Shown: positions 26,491-36,589 of the stretch, piece after piece
Numbering within the stretch: the stretch's first letter is position 1
Layout of the letters: every line of letters starts with the position of its first letter
NCBI GenBank assembly: GCA_034422655.1
Contig: DAOUJN010000017.1
Location: 1,142-65,141, forward strand
Length of the DNA: 64,000 nucleotides
DNA from: Dehalococcoidia bacterium
Lineage (GTDB): Bacteria; Chloroflexota; Dehalococcoidia; Lucifugimonadales; UBA3495
Reading direction: 5' to 3'
Notes under the pieces: model-generated
The model's input: only the letters and a program-made list of their open reading frames with translations
Databases searched by the model: none
What the model was told of the DNA's origin: nothing
Position numbers and translations under genes: made by a program

Positions 26491-27159
26491 CTAATTCATC
26501 ACGCCGCTGGTGGTGCAGGGCGCGCCGTTGGGGAACTCGGGGCCCAGGGTGCCGGCGTAGGTGCGGAAGAACTCCTCAATGCGTTCCTCGTCCACGCCCT
26601 GCATGGTGTCCAGGATGCCCCAGGTGGAAAGGGCCACCGTGCCCTCGGGAATCTTGTCGTAATACCGCGTAACCGCCCAGGACGGGGCCAGTTCGAAGTT
26701 GTCCATGAAGTCCTTCAGCCTGTCCAGTTCCGGGCCGTCGGGCAGGTTGTAGCTGACCACCACGTTGCCGTGCTCCAGGTTGTGGACGATGCGCTCGTCG
26801 GGCAGGCCGTCTTCATAGAAGCCGCAGCGGGCCCACCAGTCCCAGTGGTCGCCGGAAGTGGGCGGTATGGTGTTGTAATTGACGGTCTGTTCTTCCGGCA
26901 CGTGCAGCCGGGTCGCCATAATATCCTGCTGTTCGCCAACGCCTTCCACGTACTCGTGGCTCGAGCCGATACCGGAATCTCTGCCCTGGAAGCTGATGCC
27001 GCCAACAACGAAACCCGCGATCACCAGGAAAGCGATAACGCCCGAGGCGATGATGTACCAGATGTTAGTCCTCGGGCGGGACTGGGAAATGACCATTTCC
27101 GCCTGGCGGCCCCTCTGTGCGGACCTGCGCCGGCGGCGCCGTGATAGTGGCAATTCCAT
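26491..27159 (-). CDS. DUF3105-domain membrane-anchored protein
   Basis: PPTSGDHW, VHNLEHGNVVVSY, VALSTWG; one N-terminal TM. Confidence 0.85.
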   Translation of the reverse strand: MELPLSRRRRRRSAQRGRQAEMVISQSRPRTNIWYIIASGVIAFLVIAGFVVGGISFQGRDSGIGSSHEYVEGVGEQQDIMATRLHVPEEQTVNYNTIPPTSGDHWDWWARCGFYEDGLPDERIVHNLEHGNVVVSYNLPDGPELDRLKDFMDNFELAPSWAVTRYYDKIPEGTVALSTWGILDTMQGVDEERIEEFFRTYAGTLGPEFPNGAPCTTSGVMN

Positions 27160-27226
27160 TACCTCCCGGCGGCTGGACTGTGGCCGCCGCAACTTTCAGT
27201 CTACCCCTAAGCTAGCCGTGATTAAG

Positions 27227-27265
27227 TCCCTTCCCCCTTGACGGGGGAAGGTTGGGATGGGGGTG
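27227..27265 (+). repeat. CCCTTCCCCCTTGACGGGGGAAGG-family palindromic repeat
   Basis: Five copies: 27227, 43227, 52316, 56814 and 58565. Confidence 0.85.
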
Positions 27266-27285
27266 CCGGCACAAGTCTGTAGCTG

Positions 27286-28182
27286 TTAGAGTTCCGTGCC
27301 GGTTAGCCGGCGGTAGGCTTCCTTGTAGCGGGCGGTGGTGCGGGCCACCACGTCCTCCGGCAGCTCCGGGGCCGGCGGTTCCTGGTCCCACCCCTGTTCC
27401 ACCAGCCAGTCCCTTACGAACTGCTTGTCAAAGTTGGGCTGCGACTTGCCGGGGCCGTAGCCCTCCATGTCCCAGAAGCGGCTGGAATCCGGGGTCAGCA
27501 ACTCGTCAATGAGAATCAATTCCCCGTCCAGCATTCCAAATTCCATCTTCGTGTCCGCCAGGATGATGCCGTGTTCCTTTGCGTAGTCGTGGGCGTACTG
27601 GTACACGGCCTTGCTGACGCCGGCCAGCCTTTGGGCCATCTCCGCGCCCACCATGTCCTCCACTTCCTGGTCGGACATGTTCTGGTCGTGGCCTTCCTCG
27701 GCCTTGGTGGTGGGGGTGAACAGGGGTTCGGGGAAGGTCATGCCCTCCACCAGGCCCTCGGGCATGGCCTTGCCGGAAACGGTGCCCTGCCGCCGGTACT
27801 CCGACCAGGCGGAACCCGTAATGTAGCCCCGGACGATGCACTCCATGTCGATTCGCTCCGCCCGCTTGACGATCATGGCCTGGCTGGCCAGTTCCTCGGA
27901 AATACCGGCCAGATCCGGGTTCTCGGCCAACAGGCCTGGCGCCTCGGCCGAGTCGGCCAGCGTTATCAAATGGTTCGGGACAATGTGGGCCGTCTTGTCG
28001 AACCAGAACCCGGAGATGCGGTTGAGCACCTTGCCCTTTTCCGGTATTCCCGTGGGCAGCACCACGTCGAAGGCGGAAATGCGGTCGGTGGCGACCATGA
28101 ACAACAGGTTGTCGTTGACGGCGTAGGTGTCGCGCACCTTGCCGCGATGAAGCTGGTTGGGCAGCCTTGTTTCGATAAGCAT
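27286..28182 (-). CDS. purC: SAICAR synthase
   Basis: RGKVRDTY, ATDRISAFD, FTPTTKA, ADTKMEFG, DELLTPDSSRFW. Confidence 0.97.
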   Translation of the reverse strand: MLIETRLPNQLHRGKVRDTYAVNDNLLFMVATDRISAFDVVLPTGIPEKGKVLNRISGFWFDKTAHIVPNHLITLADSAEAPGLLAENPDLAGISEELASQAMIVKRAERIDMECIVRGYITGSAWSEYRRQGTVSGKAMPEGLVEGMTFPEPLFTPTTKAEEGHDQNMSDQEVEDMVGAEMAQRLAGVSKAVYQYAHDYAKEHGIILADTKMEFGMLDGELILIDELLTPDSSRFWDMEGYGPGKSQPNFDKQFVRDWLVEQGWDQEPPAPELPEDVVARTTARYKEAYRRLTGTEL

Positions 28183-28222
28183 GTCTTTATCCTTCCCAAA
28201 TGTTGCTGAATGTTGTTGCGGG

Positions 28223-29539
28223 TCAGGCCTGGGCGGCTACCTCCGCCGGCAGCAGGCCGATACGCTGGAAGGTGTCGTCCACGTAACGGGTGTAGTACCC
28301 GTAGTCGAACAATTCCTCCAGGTCTTCGCCGGGCAGCCATTGCCGGGCTTCGGCGTCGGCTCGGAGCAGGTCTCGGAAGTCCTGTCCCATGTCCCAGCTG
28401 CGCATGGCGTTGCGCTGGACCACCTTGTAGGCGTCTTCCCGTGCCATGCCCCGGTCCACCAGGGCCAGCAGGACCCGCTGGCTGAAAATCAGGCCCCGGC
28501 TGCTCTCTACGTTTTCCCACATCCGGTCGGCGTTGACCCGCAGGTCCTTAACGATGCGGGTGAATATGGACAGGATGTAGTCCAAAGCCAGGCAGGAATC
28601 GGGCAGGATAATGCGCTCGGCCGACGAGTGGCTGATGTCCCGCTCGCCCCACAGGGCCACGTTTTCCAGGGCGGTGATGCTGTTGCCCCGGATGAGGCGG
28701 GCCAGGCCGCAAATCCGCTCCGCCAGTTCCGGGTTGCGCTTGTGGGGCATGGACGACGAACCGGTCTGCCCCTGGCCGAAAGGCTCCTCCACTTCGTGCA
28801 ACTCGGTGCGCTGGAGAGTGCGTACCTCCGTGGCGAACTTCTCCAGGGAAGCGGCTATCAAAGCCAGGGTGGTGATGAAGTGGGCGTAGCGGTCGCGCTG
28901 GATTACCTGGTTGGATACCGGCGCGGCCTCCAGGCCCAATCGCCGGCACACCTTGTCTTCCACCGCCGGCGGTATGGTGGCGTGGGTGCCCACCGCGCCG
29001 GAAATCTTGCCCACGCGGATGCTCTCGCAGGCGGCGGCTAGGCGTTCCTGCTGCCGGCGCAGTTCCTCCCGCCACAGGGCCAGCTTCAGGCCGAAGGTCA
29101 TGGGTTCGGCGTGGACGCCGTGCGTGCGGCCCATCATGATGGTGTCCTTGTGGGCCACGGCCTGTTGCTCCACCGCCTCGATGGCCTGGGCCAGTTCCTG
29201 CTGGAGCAATTGGCCGGCCTCCACCAGTTGCAGGCTCTGGGCCGTGTCCAGCATGTCCGACGACGTCATGCCCAGGTGCAGCCACCGTCCCTCCGGCCCG
29301 ATTCCCTCGGTGATGGACGACAGGAAGGCGGTTACGTCGTGGCGGGTAACCTCGAAAAGCTCCATCATGCGCCCGTGGTCATACTGGACCGGGCGCAGGC
29401 GTTCCATGTCCTCCAGCGGAATGACCCCCTCCTCGGTCCAGGCTTCGGCCACGGCCAGTTCCACGTCCAGCCACTTCCGGTACTTGTTCTCGTCCGACCA
29501 GACTTGCTTCATCGCCGGTCGGGAATATCGGTCAATCAA
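28223..29539 (-). CDS. purB: Adenylosuccinate lyase
   Basis: TRHDVTAF, GRTHGVHAEP, GSSSMPHKRNP. Confidence 0.97.
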   Translation of the reverse strand: MIDRYSRPAMKQVWSDENKYRKWLDVELAVAEAWTEEGVIPLEDMERLRPVQYDHGRMMELFEVTRHDVTAFLSSITEGIGPEGRWLHLGMTSSDMLDTAQSLQLVEAGQLLQQELAQAIEAVEQQAVAHKDTIMMGRTHGVHAEPMTFGLKLALWREELRRQQERLAAACESIRVGKISGAVGTHATIPPAVEDKVCRRLGLEAAPVSNQVIQRDRYAHFITTLALIAASLEKFATEVRTLQRTELHEVEEPFGQGQTGSSSMPHKRNPELAERICGLARLIRGNSITALENVALWGERDISHSSAERIILPDSCLALDYILSIFTRIVKDLRVNADRMWENVESSRGLIFSQRVLLALVDRGMAREDAYKVVQRNAMRSWDMGQDFRDLLRADAEARQWLPGEDLEELFDYGYYTRYVDDTFQRIGLLPAEVAAQA

Positions 29540-29594
29540 TCGGTCTCCTCCGAAAGATAAGCAATGATGATACGGGCAAGCTGCTGGGACGGAT

Positions 29595-30251
29595 TTACGT
29601 CCCCGTCAGCCCCAGCAACTCCTTGGTGGTTTCCAACACGTCGCCAAAGTCGGTGAAGGGCCGGTAAGGCACCTGCTTACGCTGGCATTCTTCCGCCAGG
29701 AAGCTGTGGGCGAAAACCGTGTCCGCCCTTTCCGCCGCTTCGTAGTCGGAGCGGCCGTCGCCCACGTAGATGACGTGGTAGCCAAGCTGCCGGTACCGGT
29801 CCACCACCAAGCCCTTGGAGTTGCCCCTTTCCGGTTCGCCGGGGTAGGTGTGGTGGTAATAGTAGCTTATGCCTTCCGGGCCGAACCGGGTGTTCACGCA
29901 GTAGATGGGCACGCTCGCCGCGCCCTCCTTTTCCAGCAGCGCCTCGATGTAGAAGTCCAGGCCCAGGCTGACCACGGCCATGGGGCTGTTGACTTCCTGG
30001 CAATACTCCCGGAGTTCGGAAAAGCGGGGCCGCAGGTTGGCGTTTTCCTGGACGTAGGCCCGCATGGTCTCCCGGTCGGCGGTGATGTTGTTGAAGGTGA
30101 TTTCCTGGTAGTCCTTCAAAGTCAGCTCGCCGCTGCGGAAACGGGCGCGCACGTCCTGCCAGGAGTCGCCGCCGAACTTGTGGAGCAGCATCTCCGCAAC
30201 ATTCTGGACGGCGGCCGTGTCGTCGAAGTCGGTGAGAATTGCCGGGACCAA
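29595..30251 (-). CDS. MtnX-like HAD-IB phosphatase
   Basis: DFDDT motif I, VVSLG motif II, GNSKG, YVGDGRSD motif IV. Confidence 0.85.
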   Translation of the reverse strand: MVPAILTDFDDTAAVQNVAEMLLHKFGGDSWQDVRARFRSGELTLKDYQEITFNNITADRETMRAYVQENANLRPRFSELREYCQEVNSPMAVVSLGLDFYIEALLEKEGAASVPIYCVNTRFGPEGISYYYHHTYPGEPERGNSKGLVVDRYRQLGYHVIYVGDGRSDYEAAERADTVFAHSFLAEECQRKQVPYRPFTDFGDVLETTKELLGLTGT

Positions 30252-30253
30252 CC

Positions 30254-30712
30254 CTACCGCTCCCTAAGCTGCCGGCGGTAGTTCTCGTAGGCCTCCCGGA
30301 TGTTGTCGTGGCGCAGGCCCAGGATTTCGGCGGCGAAGAAGGCGGCGTTGCGCGCCCCCCAGGGGCCCACGGCCATGCAGGCCACCGGAATGCCCGGCGG
30401 CATCTGGGACGTGGCCAGCAGGGCGTCCCAGCCGTTCATTTCGCTGGAAGCCAGGGGTATGCCGATTACCGGCAGCGTGCACCAGGCCGCCATGACCCCG
30501 CCCAGGGCCGCGGAACCACCGGCGGCGGCGATCAGGACCTCGATGCCCCGGTCGCGGGCGGTGGTGGCGTATTCCTGCACCCGTTCCGGGGTGCGGTGGG
30601 CCGACATTACCCGTACTTCGTAGTCGACCTGCATCTGTTCCAGAACTTCCAGCGTCTCCTTGACGACGGGTTCGTCAGAAGAGCTGCCCATTACTACTCC
30701 TACTAGTGGCAC
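30254..30712 (-). CDS. purE: N5-CAIR mutase
   Basis: VMGSSSD, SAHRTPE, PVIGIP, QMPPGIPVA. Confidence 0.96.
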   Translation of the reverse strand: MPLVGVVMGSSSDEPVVKETLEVLEQMQVDYEVRVMSAHRTPERVQEYATTARDRGIEVLIAAAGGSAALGGVMAAWCTLPVIGIPLASSEMNGWDALLATSQMPPGIPVACMAVGPWGARNAAFFAAEILGLRHDNIREAYENYRRQLRER

Positions 30713-30736
30713 TTGCTCAATCCTTTCATCTTGGTT

Positions 30737-31228
30737 TTAGCTGACATTCAGGTTCATTTCGGCCCGGAAGGCGTCCAGCACGGCGGTCTCAAGCACCTCG
30801 CGCTGCTGGCGGACCTCCTCGCCGTTTACCAGCAGGTAGATGCGTTCGTTGGACTTGCCGATTTCCACGTCAACGGCGCACTCCGTGGCATCGTCCCAGA
30901 AGAGGGAAAACCGCAACTCCTCGTTGTCTTCCGGGTCTTCGTCCTCATCCTCATCATCGTCCTCGTCCAGGTCTTCCATGTTGTAGAGGACGTCGCCTTC
31001 ATCATAGTATTCCATCAGGGAAGTTGATTCCACCCTGCCCGTGCCGCTGAGGACAATTTCGTTGACGTCCAGCAGCATCTGGAAGACCTGGAGGGTTTCT
31101 CCCAACTTGTAGAGTTCCTGCCGGTCGTCTACTACCTCCGAGTCCTCTTCAACCGGCTCGCCCAGCTGGCGCGCCAGGGCGGCTTCAACTTCGTTTCTCA
31201 GGGCCAACAGTTCGTCCCGCCAGGCCAT
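30737..31228 (-). CDS. Acidic hypothetical protein
   Basis: 163-aa ORF in the pur operon with an RBS and a D/E-rich tract. Confidence 0.7.
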   Translation of the reverse strand: MAWRDELLALRNEVEAALARQLGEPVEEDSEVVDDRQELYKLGETLQVFQMLLDVNEIVLSGTGRVESTSLMEYYDEGDVLYNMEDLDEDDDEDEDEDPEDNEELRFSLFWDDATECAVDVEIGKSNERIYLLVNGEEVRQQREVLETAVLDAFRAEMNLNVS

Positions 31229-31230
31229 GG

Positions 31231-31884
31231 TTACCTCGCAATTTTGCTTGGGGTCCGGGTATTGTTGCCGGGGGGCGCGGCATCCGGTGTCGGGAGGCCG
31301 CTGGAGCCGCGACGGGTTATGAAGTACATGAACTCGTCCACCTCCCTGAAGTCGGCCAGGCCGAATTCGGGCCGCAGCCGGTTGGCGACATCCAGCAGGT
31401 CCAGGTAGCGCAGACCCAGGTGGCCGGAGCGCATGCTGGCGGGGTACCGCTCCAGCCGGCGCAGCGCCCGCTCAGCGGCCGGGTTCCAGACTGCCAGAAG
31501 CGCTGGCTGTTTCAGGCACAACAGGTAGGAAATGAACTCCTTGCCCGCCCCCGCCAGCTTATAACCCCCATCGTCCGCCACGCATTCGTTGAAGCGGGCC
31601 TCCAGGGTTATGGCGTCGTAGAGCAGGAAGTCTATGGTCTCGACAATGTCGGGCAGCCCATTCGCGGCAAATTCCCTGGCCTTTCCGCCGCCGGAGGCCC
31701 GGTAGAGTGCCACGGCCTGCTGTTCCGTCAGGGTCGGCAGTTGCGCTTCGGACAGCCAGCCGGCCATTTCCCCGCTCCGCTGCCAGCGACGCCTCCAGTA
31801 ACCGGCCAGCACTCCCGTCTGGGCCGTCTCCCGGTAAGCCTGGGCCAGCTGGAACCGCTCCAGGGGAAAATTGGCCGGGCTCAT
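31231..31884 (-). CDS. Hypothetical all-helical protein with an HhH-like segment
   Basis: YKLAGAGKEFISYLLCLKQP; ATGA overlap with the purD stop. Confidence 0.65.
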   Translation of the reverse strand: MSPANFPLERFQLAQAYRETAQTGVLAGYWRRRWQRSGEMAGWLSEAQLPTLTEQQAVALYRASGGGKAREFAANGLPDIVETIDFLLYDAITLEARFNECVADDGGYKLAGAGKEFISYLLCLKQPALLAVWNPAAERALRRLERYPASMRSGHLGLRYLDLLDVANRLRPEFGLADFREVDEFMYFITRRGSSGLPTPDAAPPGNNTRTPSKIAR

Positions 31885-33200
31885 GGCCTGCCCCGTCTCC
31901 CCATGCTAAGGTCGCCAATATCGCTGCGGTAACGGGCATTTTCAAAGTTGATGCTCCGTACCTTTTGATACGCTACTGTCCTGGCTTCTTCTATGGTGTC
32001 CCCGCTTCCCACGACGGTGACCACCCGGCCGCCGCTGGTAACCACCCGGGAGATTCCGGCCTCGTCGTTGACGCTGGCGGCGCCCGCGTGAAATACCAGG
32101 GTTTCGGAGTCTATTCCCTCCTCTTCTTCCCGACCGTAATCCTGGTCAACCCCGTCGATTTCCTTTCCCGTCTGGTAGCTGCCCGGGTAGCCGCCGGAAA
32201 CCATTACCACCCCCACGTGGGGACGGTCGGCCCAGCGCACTTCAGTCGAAGCCAGGTTGCCTTCGATGCAGGCCACCATGGCATCCACCGGGTCGCTTTC
32301 CAGCAGGGGCATAATAACCTGGGTTTCCGGGTCGCCGAACCGGCAATTGAATTCGAGGACCTTGGGCCCATCGTCGGTCAACATAAGCCCCGCGTAGAGA
32401 ATGCCCCGGTAGCGGCAGCCCAGTTCGGCCATTTGTCGGACCGTGGGCCCGAGAATAGTCCTGGAAACCTCATCCGCCAGTTCTTTGGTCCAGAAGGGGG
32501 GTGGAGCGAAGCTGCCCATGCCGCCGGTGTTGGGGCCCCGGTCCCCGTCGCCCGCCTGTTTGTAATCGCAGGCGGCCACCGGGTCGGACAGGGTCTCTCC
32601 GTCGGTGAAAGCGAATACGCTTACCTCCGGACCGGTCAGCCATTCTTCAACCACAACGGCGTTGCCGGCGGCGCCAAAGATGCGGTCTTCCATGCACGCC
32701 TTGACCGCCATTACGGCTTCTTCCGGCCCCCGGCACAGGGCTACACCCTTGCCGGCGGCCAGTCCATCTGCCTTGATAACCACCGGCGAGTCGTGATTTA
32801 CCAGGAAGTCAATGGCGGCAGCCTGGTCGTGGAAGACACGGAACTCCGGTCCGGGCACGCCGGCGTCGCGCATGACCTGGCGCGCGAAACTCTTGCTGGC
32901 CTCAATTTGAGCGGCGGCCTGGGAGGGACCGAAAACGGGAATGCCCACCTCGTCGAGGCGGTCGGCCAGGCCGTCCACCAGGGGTTGCTCCGGCCCCACG
33001 ACCACCAGGTCCGCCGAAATTTCCCTGGCCAGTTCCACCACCGCCGGCACGTCCTCAGGCGATATGGCCACGTTGGTGGCAATCCGGGCGGTCCCGGAAT
33101 TGCCGCCGGCAACCCACATTTCCGTCACGCGGGGACTGCGCTTGATGCGCCAGGCCAGGGCATGTTCCCTTCCGCCTGAACCTACAATCAGGACTTTCAC
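31881..33200 (-). CDS. purD: Phosphoribosylamine--glycine ligase
   Basis: GSGGREHAL, IKADGLAAGKGV, GPNTGGMG, EFNCRFGDPE. Confidence 0.97.
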   Translation of the reverse strand: MKVLIVGSGGREHALAWRIKRSPRVTEMWVAGGNSGTARIATNVAISPEDVPAVVELAREISADLVVVGPEQPLVDGLADRLDEVGIPVFGPSQAAAQIEASKSFARQVMRDAGVPGPEFRVFHDQAAAIDFLVNHDSPVVIKADGLAAGKGVALCRGPEEAVMAVKACMEDRIFGAAGNAVVVEEWLTGPEVSVFAFTDGETLSDPVAACDYKQAGDGDRGPNTGGMGSFAPPPFWTKELADEVSRTILGPTVRQMAELGCRYRGILYAGLMLTDDGPKVLEFNCRFGDPETQVIMPLLESDPVDAMVACIEGNLASTEVRWADRPHVGVVMVSGGYPGSYQTGKEIDGVDQDYGREEEEGIDSETLVFHAGAASVNDEAGISRVVTSGGRVVTVVGSGDTIEEARTVAYQKVRSINFENARYRSDIGDLSMGRRGRP

Positions 33201-33306
33201 TTGTCAGAGACTCCGGAATAAGCTAGCGCAGATTGACATTTGTGTGTCTTGGACTTCATGCCCGCGGGCAGTCTCGGCAGTCGTTCCGCACAGAATAGCA
33301 AAATGC

Positions 33307-34911
33307 TTATTCCCACTCAATTGTTCCGGGTGGTTTGCTGGTGATGTCATAGACCACCCGGTTGACCCCCGGCACTTCGTTGACGATGCGGCTGGAAATC
33401 CTGCCGAGAACGTCGTAGGGCAGGCGCACCCAGTCGGCGGTCATGGCATCGCTGCTGGACACGGCCCGGATGGCGCAGACGTAGCCGTAGGTGCGGAAGT
33501 CGCCCATGACGCCCACCGTTCGGCTGTCGCTCAGCACGGCGAAACTCTGCCAGATTTCCTCGTAAAGCCCGGCCCGCTCAATTTCATCCAGGACAATCCA
33601 GTCGCATTCCCGGAGAATGTCCAGGCGTTCCCCGGTAATCTCGCCGATGATGCGAATAGCCAGTCCGGGGCCGGGAAAGGGCTGGCGCATTACAATTTCC
33701 CTGGGCAGGCCCAGTTCCAGGCCCACGTCCCGCACTTCGTCCTTGTAAAGGTAACGCAGCGGCTCAACCAGGTCCAAATCCATGCGTTCGGGCAGGCCCC
33801 CCACGTTGTGGTGCGACTTGATGCGGGCGGACGCCTGGTTCTCCGGTGTTTCGCTTTCAATAACGTCCGGGTAGAGGGTGCCCTGGGCCAGGAATTTGGT
33901 GTCGCTCAACTCCACGGCCGACTCTTCAAACACCCGGATGAACTCTTCGCCAATTATTTTTCTCTTCGCCTCGGGATCGGTTACCGCCTCCAGCCGGGAA
34001 ACGAACCGCTGGGCGGCGTCCACGTACAGCAGGTTCAGGCCCAGGTTGCTGCGGAAGGTTTCCTGCACCTGTTCCGGTTCGCCCTTCCGGAGCAGGCCGT
34101 TGTTGACGAAAATGCAGGTCAGCCTGTCGCCGATGGCTTCGTGCAGCAGCAGGGCGGCCACCGAAGAGTCCACGCCGCCGGAAAGGGCGCAGATTACGCG
34201 ACCCTCGCCCACCTGTTCGCGGATGCGGGCCACGGAGTCAGCCACAAAGTTGCCCGGCGTCCAGGTTCCCTGGCACCGGCATACCCGGTAAAGGAAGTTC
34301 TCCAAAACGGTCTGTCCCAGCGGCGTATGCTCCACCTCCGGGTGAAACTGGAGTCCAAAGATATTCTTGCCGTTGCTGATGGCGGCGTACGGAGAGTTGC
34401 CGGTGGACGCTGCCGGCGCAAATCCCGGGGGCAGCGTGTCCACCCGGTCGCCGTGACTCATCCACACCTGAAAACTGCCGGGCATACCCGAAAAAATGGA
34501 TGCGTCATCCGCAAGCCCGTCGGCCTGGGTCAAGTCCGCCGACCCGTATTCCCGCTTCTCGCCGGGCGCCACCCGGCCGCCCATCTGATGCACCAGCGCC
34601 TGCATTCCGTAGCAGATGCCCAGCACCGGAAGTTGGCGGTCAAATACCCAGTCCGGAATAAGTGGCGCGCCGGGTTCATACACGCTGGCGGGGCCGCCGG
34701 AAAGAATGACACCCCGCGGCTCGAAGCGCTGGGTTACCCGTTCCCACGTGGCGGACGCAGGTACAACCTCGGAATAAACCTTCAACTCCCGCGCTCGGCG
34801 GGAGATAAGGTGGCTGTACTGCGAGCCAAAGTCGATGATTACCACGCCCTCGCCCACGGCGGCGCCGGAATCACCCCTATTGGTACGGCTCATTTCGGGT
34901 GTGGCGACCAT
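33307..34911 (-). CDS. guaA: GMP synthase (glutamine-hydrolysing)
   Basis: [44 protein letters not shown]. Confidence 0.97.
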   Translation of the reverse strand: MVATPEMSRTNRGDSGAAVGEGVVIIDFGSQYSHLISRRARELKVYSEVVPASATWERVTQRFEPRGVILSGGPASVYEPGAPLIPDWVFDRQLPVLGICYGMQALVHQMGGRVAPGEKREYGSADLTQADGLADDASIFSGMPGSFQVWMSHGDRVDTLPPGFAPAASTGNSPYAAISNGKNIFGLQFHPEVEHTPLGQTVLENFLYRVCRCQGTWTPGNFVADSVARIREQVGEGRVICALSGGVDSSVAALLLHEAIGDRLTCIFVNNGLLRKGEPEQVQETFRSNLGLNLLYVDAAQRFVSRLEAVTDPEAKRKIIGEEFIRVFEESAVELSDTKFLAQGTLYPDVIESETPENQASARIKSHHNVGGLPERMDLDLVEPLRYLYKDEVRDVGLELGLPREIVMRQPFPGPGLAIRIIGEITGERLDILRECDWIVLDEIERAGLYEEIWQSFAVLSDSRTVGVMGDFRTYGYVCAIRAVSSSDAMTADWVRLPYDVLGRISSRIVNEVPGVNRVVYDITSKPPGTIEWE

Positions 34912-35058
34912 CCCAGTCCTTCCCACACGTTTGAGTTTCAGTCGTTACGAATTTAGTAAAATTGTAGGTGGTCTAATATACCACAGCCTATTTTTCCGTG
35001 CCAGATGCCACCATCAGTGGTGATTGTTCAAATTCACAAAGGCCTGGTGTTCCCATAC

Positions 35059-35154
35059 CGTCATACCGGCGAAAGCCGGTATCCAGAAATCTTGCCTTAC
35101 AATATGTCGCAGCTTCACCTGCTTACCTGGATTCCGGCGAAAGCCGGAAAGACG
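35059..35154. repeat. 96-bp composite of two inverted CGTC-type REP palindromes
   Basis: CGTCATACCGGCGAAAGCCGGTATCCAG + 40 nt + CTGGATTCCGGCGAAAGCCGGAAAGACG; same length and related spacer at 49395 and 59572. Confidence 0.8.
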
Positions 35155-35258
35155 GACCTGGTAGTTACCTGCCGAATCCCGTGGTTTACAAACAATACCA
35201 GTTCTGATATATTCAACCTGCCGGATAGCAATAGGGCCGATTATCTGGCTGTTGGCGT

Positions 35259-35335
35259 GGCGCATTCGTCTAGCGGCCCAGGACACCGCCCTCTCAAGGC
35301 GGAGATCAGGGGTTCGAATCCCCTATGCGCTACCA
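35259..35335 (+). tRNA. tRNA-Glu (anticodon CTC)
   Basis: GGCGCAT/ATGCGCT acceptor stem, CCGCC-CTCTCAA-GGCGG anticodon arm, GTTCGAAT T-loop, encoded CCA. Confidence 0.96.
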
Positions 35336-35350
35336 ACCTTGAATCTGTAC

Positions 35351-35388
35351 ACCCTGAAAGGACAGTAACTCCTTTCAGGGTTTTTGTT
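35351..35388 (+). terminator. Rho-independent terminator after tRNA-Glu
   Basis: ACCCTGAAAGGA-CAGTAAC-TCCTTTCAGGGT followed by TTTTGTTT. Confidence 0.9.
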
Positions 35389-35461
35389 TGCCTCATCTTG
35401 GGACACTGCTCCGCGCGCTGCCCTTCGGGAGGCGCCTTCCCGTTTAGGCTATACTCTCCCC

Positions 35462-36337
35462 ATGAGTTTAGTAGCTCTCCTGCTGATTCTGGTGGCTTCG
35501 GTGTCTCATGCCGCCTGGAACCTGCTGCTGAAGAAATCGGACAGCAAGGAACTGTTCGCCTGGTGGTTCTCGGTCAGCGGCGTTGTTCTGCTGGCTCCCC
35601 TGGGTATTGCTCTGTTTATCCTGAACCCCGTATCCCTGCCCGGCCCCTGGTTCATCCTGGCCGGGTCGGTAATGCAGTGCTTCTACCTGGTCCTGCTTGG
35701 CCGCGCATACACTCGGGGCGACCTTTCCCTGGTCTATCCCATCGCCCGGGGCACCGGGCCCATGCTGGTGCCGGTGCTGGCGGTGCTCACCCTCGGCGAG
35801 ACCATTGCGTTGCCGGCGATAGCTGGCATAGTTTTCGTCGTGGCCGGAATATACACGGTATCGTGGTGGGGACACTTCCGGGAGATACTCTCGAATCCCG
35901 CCGGTTTCTTTCGGGAGAGTGGTGTCCTGTACGCAATTTTGACGGGCTGCACCATCACGGTGTACTCACTGCTGGACAAGCGGGCCGTAGAGTACGTGCA
36001 GCCGTTCCTGTACATGTACTTCCTGACCATCGGCGTATCGGTCGGCCTGGCCCCCTATATTTTCAGGAAGTACGGCATTTCCCAAATACGAGGAATCTGG
36101 GCCGGTAACCTCTGGGCCATTCCGGCGGCCGGCCTTTTGTCGTTTCTGGCCTACGCCTGCATCCTCACCGCATTTTCCATCTCGCGGGTAAGCTACATTG
36201 CCCCGGCGCGGGAAGTCAGCATCGTCATGGGCGTGCTGGCCGGCGTGTTGATTCTGAAGGAACCCTTCGGACGAGGCAGGTTGGTGGGGTCGGCGCTGAT
36301 AGTTATTGGTCTGGCCCTGATTGCCCTGTCGCCCTGA
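35462..36337 (+). CDS. EamA/DMT family transporter
   Basis: SHAAWNLLLK, GDLSLVYPIARG, APAREVSIV; about 10 TM. Confidence 0.92.
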   Translation: MSLVALLLILVASVSHAAWNLLLKKSDSKELFAWWFSVSGVVLLAPLGIALFILNPVSLPGPWFILAGSVMQCFYLVLLGRAYTRGDLSLVYPIARGTGPMLVPVLAVLTLGETIALPAIAGIVFVVAGIYTVSWWGHFREILSNPAGFFRESGVLYAILTGCTITVYSLLDKRAVEYVQPFLYMYFLTIGVSVGLAPYIFRKYGISQIRGIWAGNLWAIPAAGLLSFLAYACILTAFSISRVSYIAPAREVSIVMGVLAGVLILKEPFGRGRLVGSALIVIGLALIALSP

Positions 36338-36589
36338 CGGCTGCTGATCATCCGATGACCGGGCCCAGGTCAATCCAGCCTCAAGACAATGTCATGCTGA
36401 GCTTGGCGAATCCGCCTGAGGCGGATAAAGTCGCAGCCGCCAGCCTTGTATTGGGTCCCAAACCCAGGCTCTTGGCCGAGATCTCAGACCCTTCCGCAAG
36501 CTCCAGATGGCATCCCGCCCCGCTTCCACGTCAACCAAGATGTTATAATTTCCAGGTTCAAGTTTGGGTTTCCCGCGAGGTAAACAGCC

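Noticed and set aside
32941-34956. 671-aa + strand ORF
   Set aside because: Antisense shadow of guaA/purD caused by GC-rich codon bias; no motifs.
36385-36530. TGTCATGCTGAGCTT...GACCCTTCCGCAAGCTC plus an AATCCGCCTGAGGCGGA palindrome
   Set aside because: Looks like a degenerate member of another CGTC-like repeat family, but there is only one poor copy in the window, so it is not asserted.
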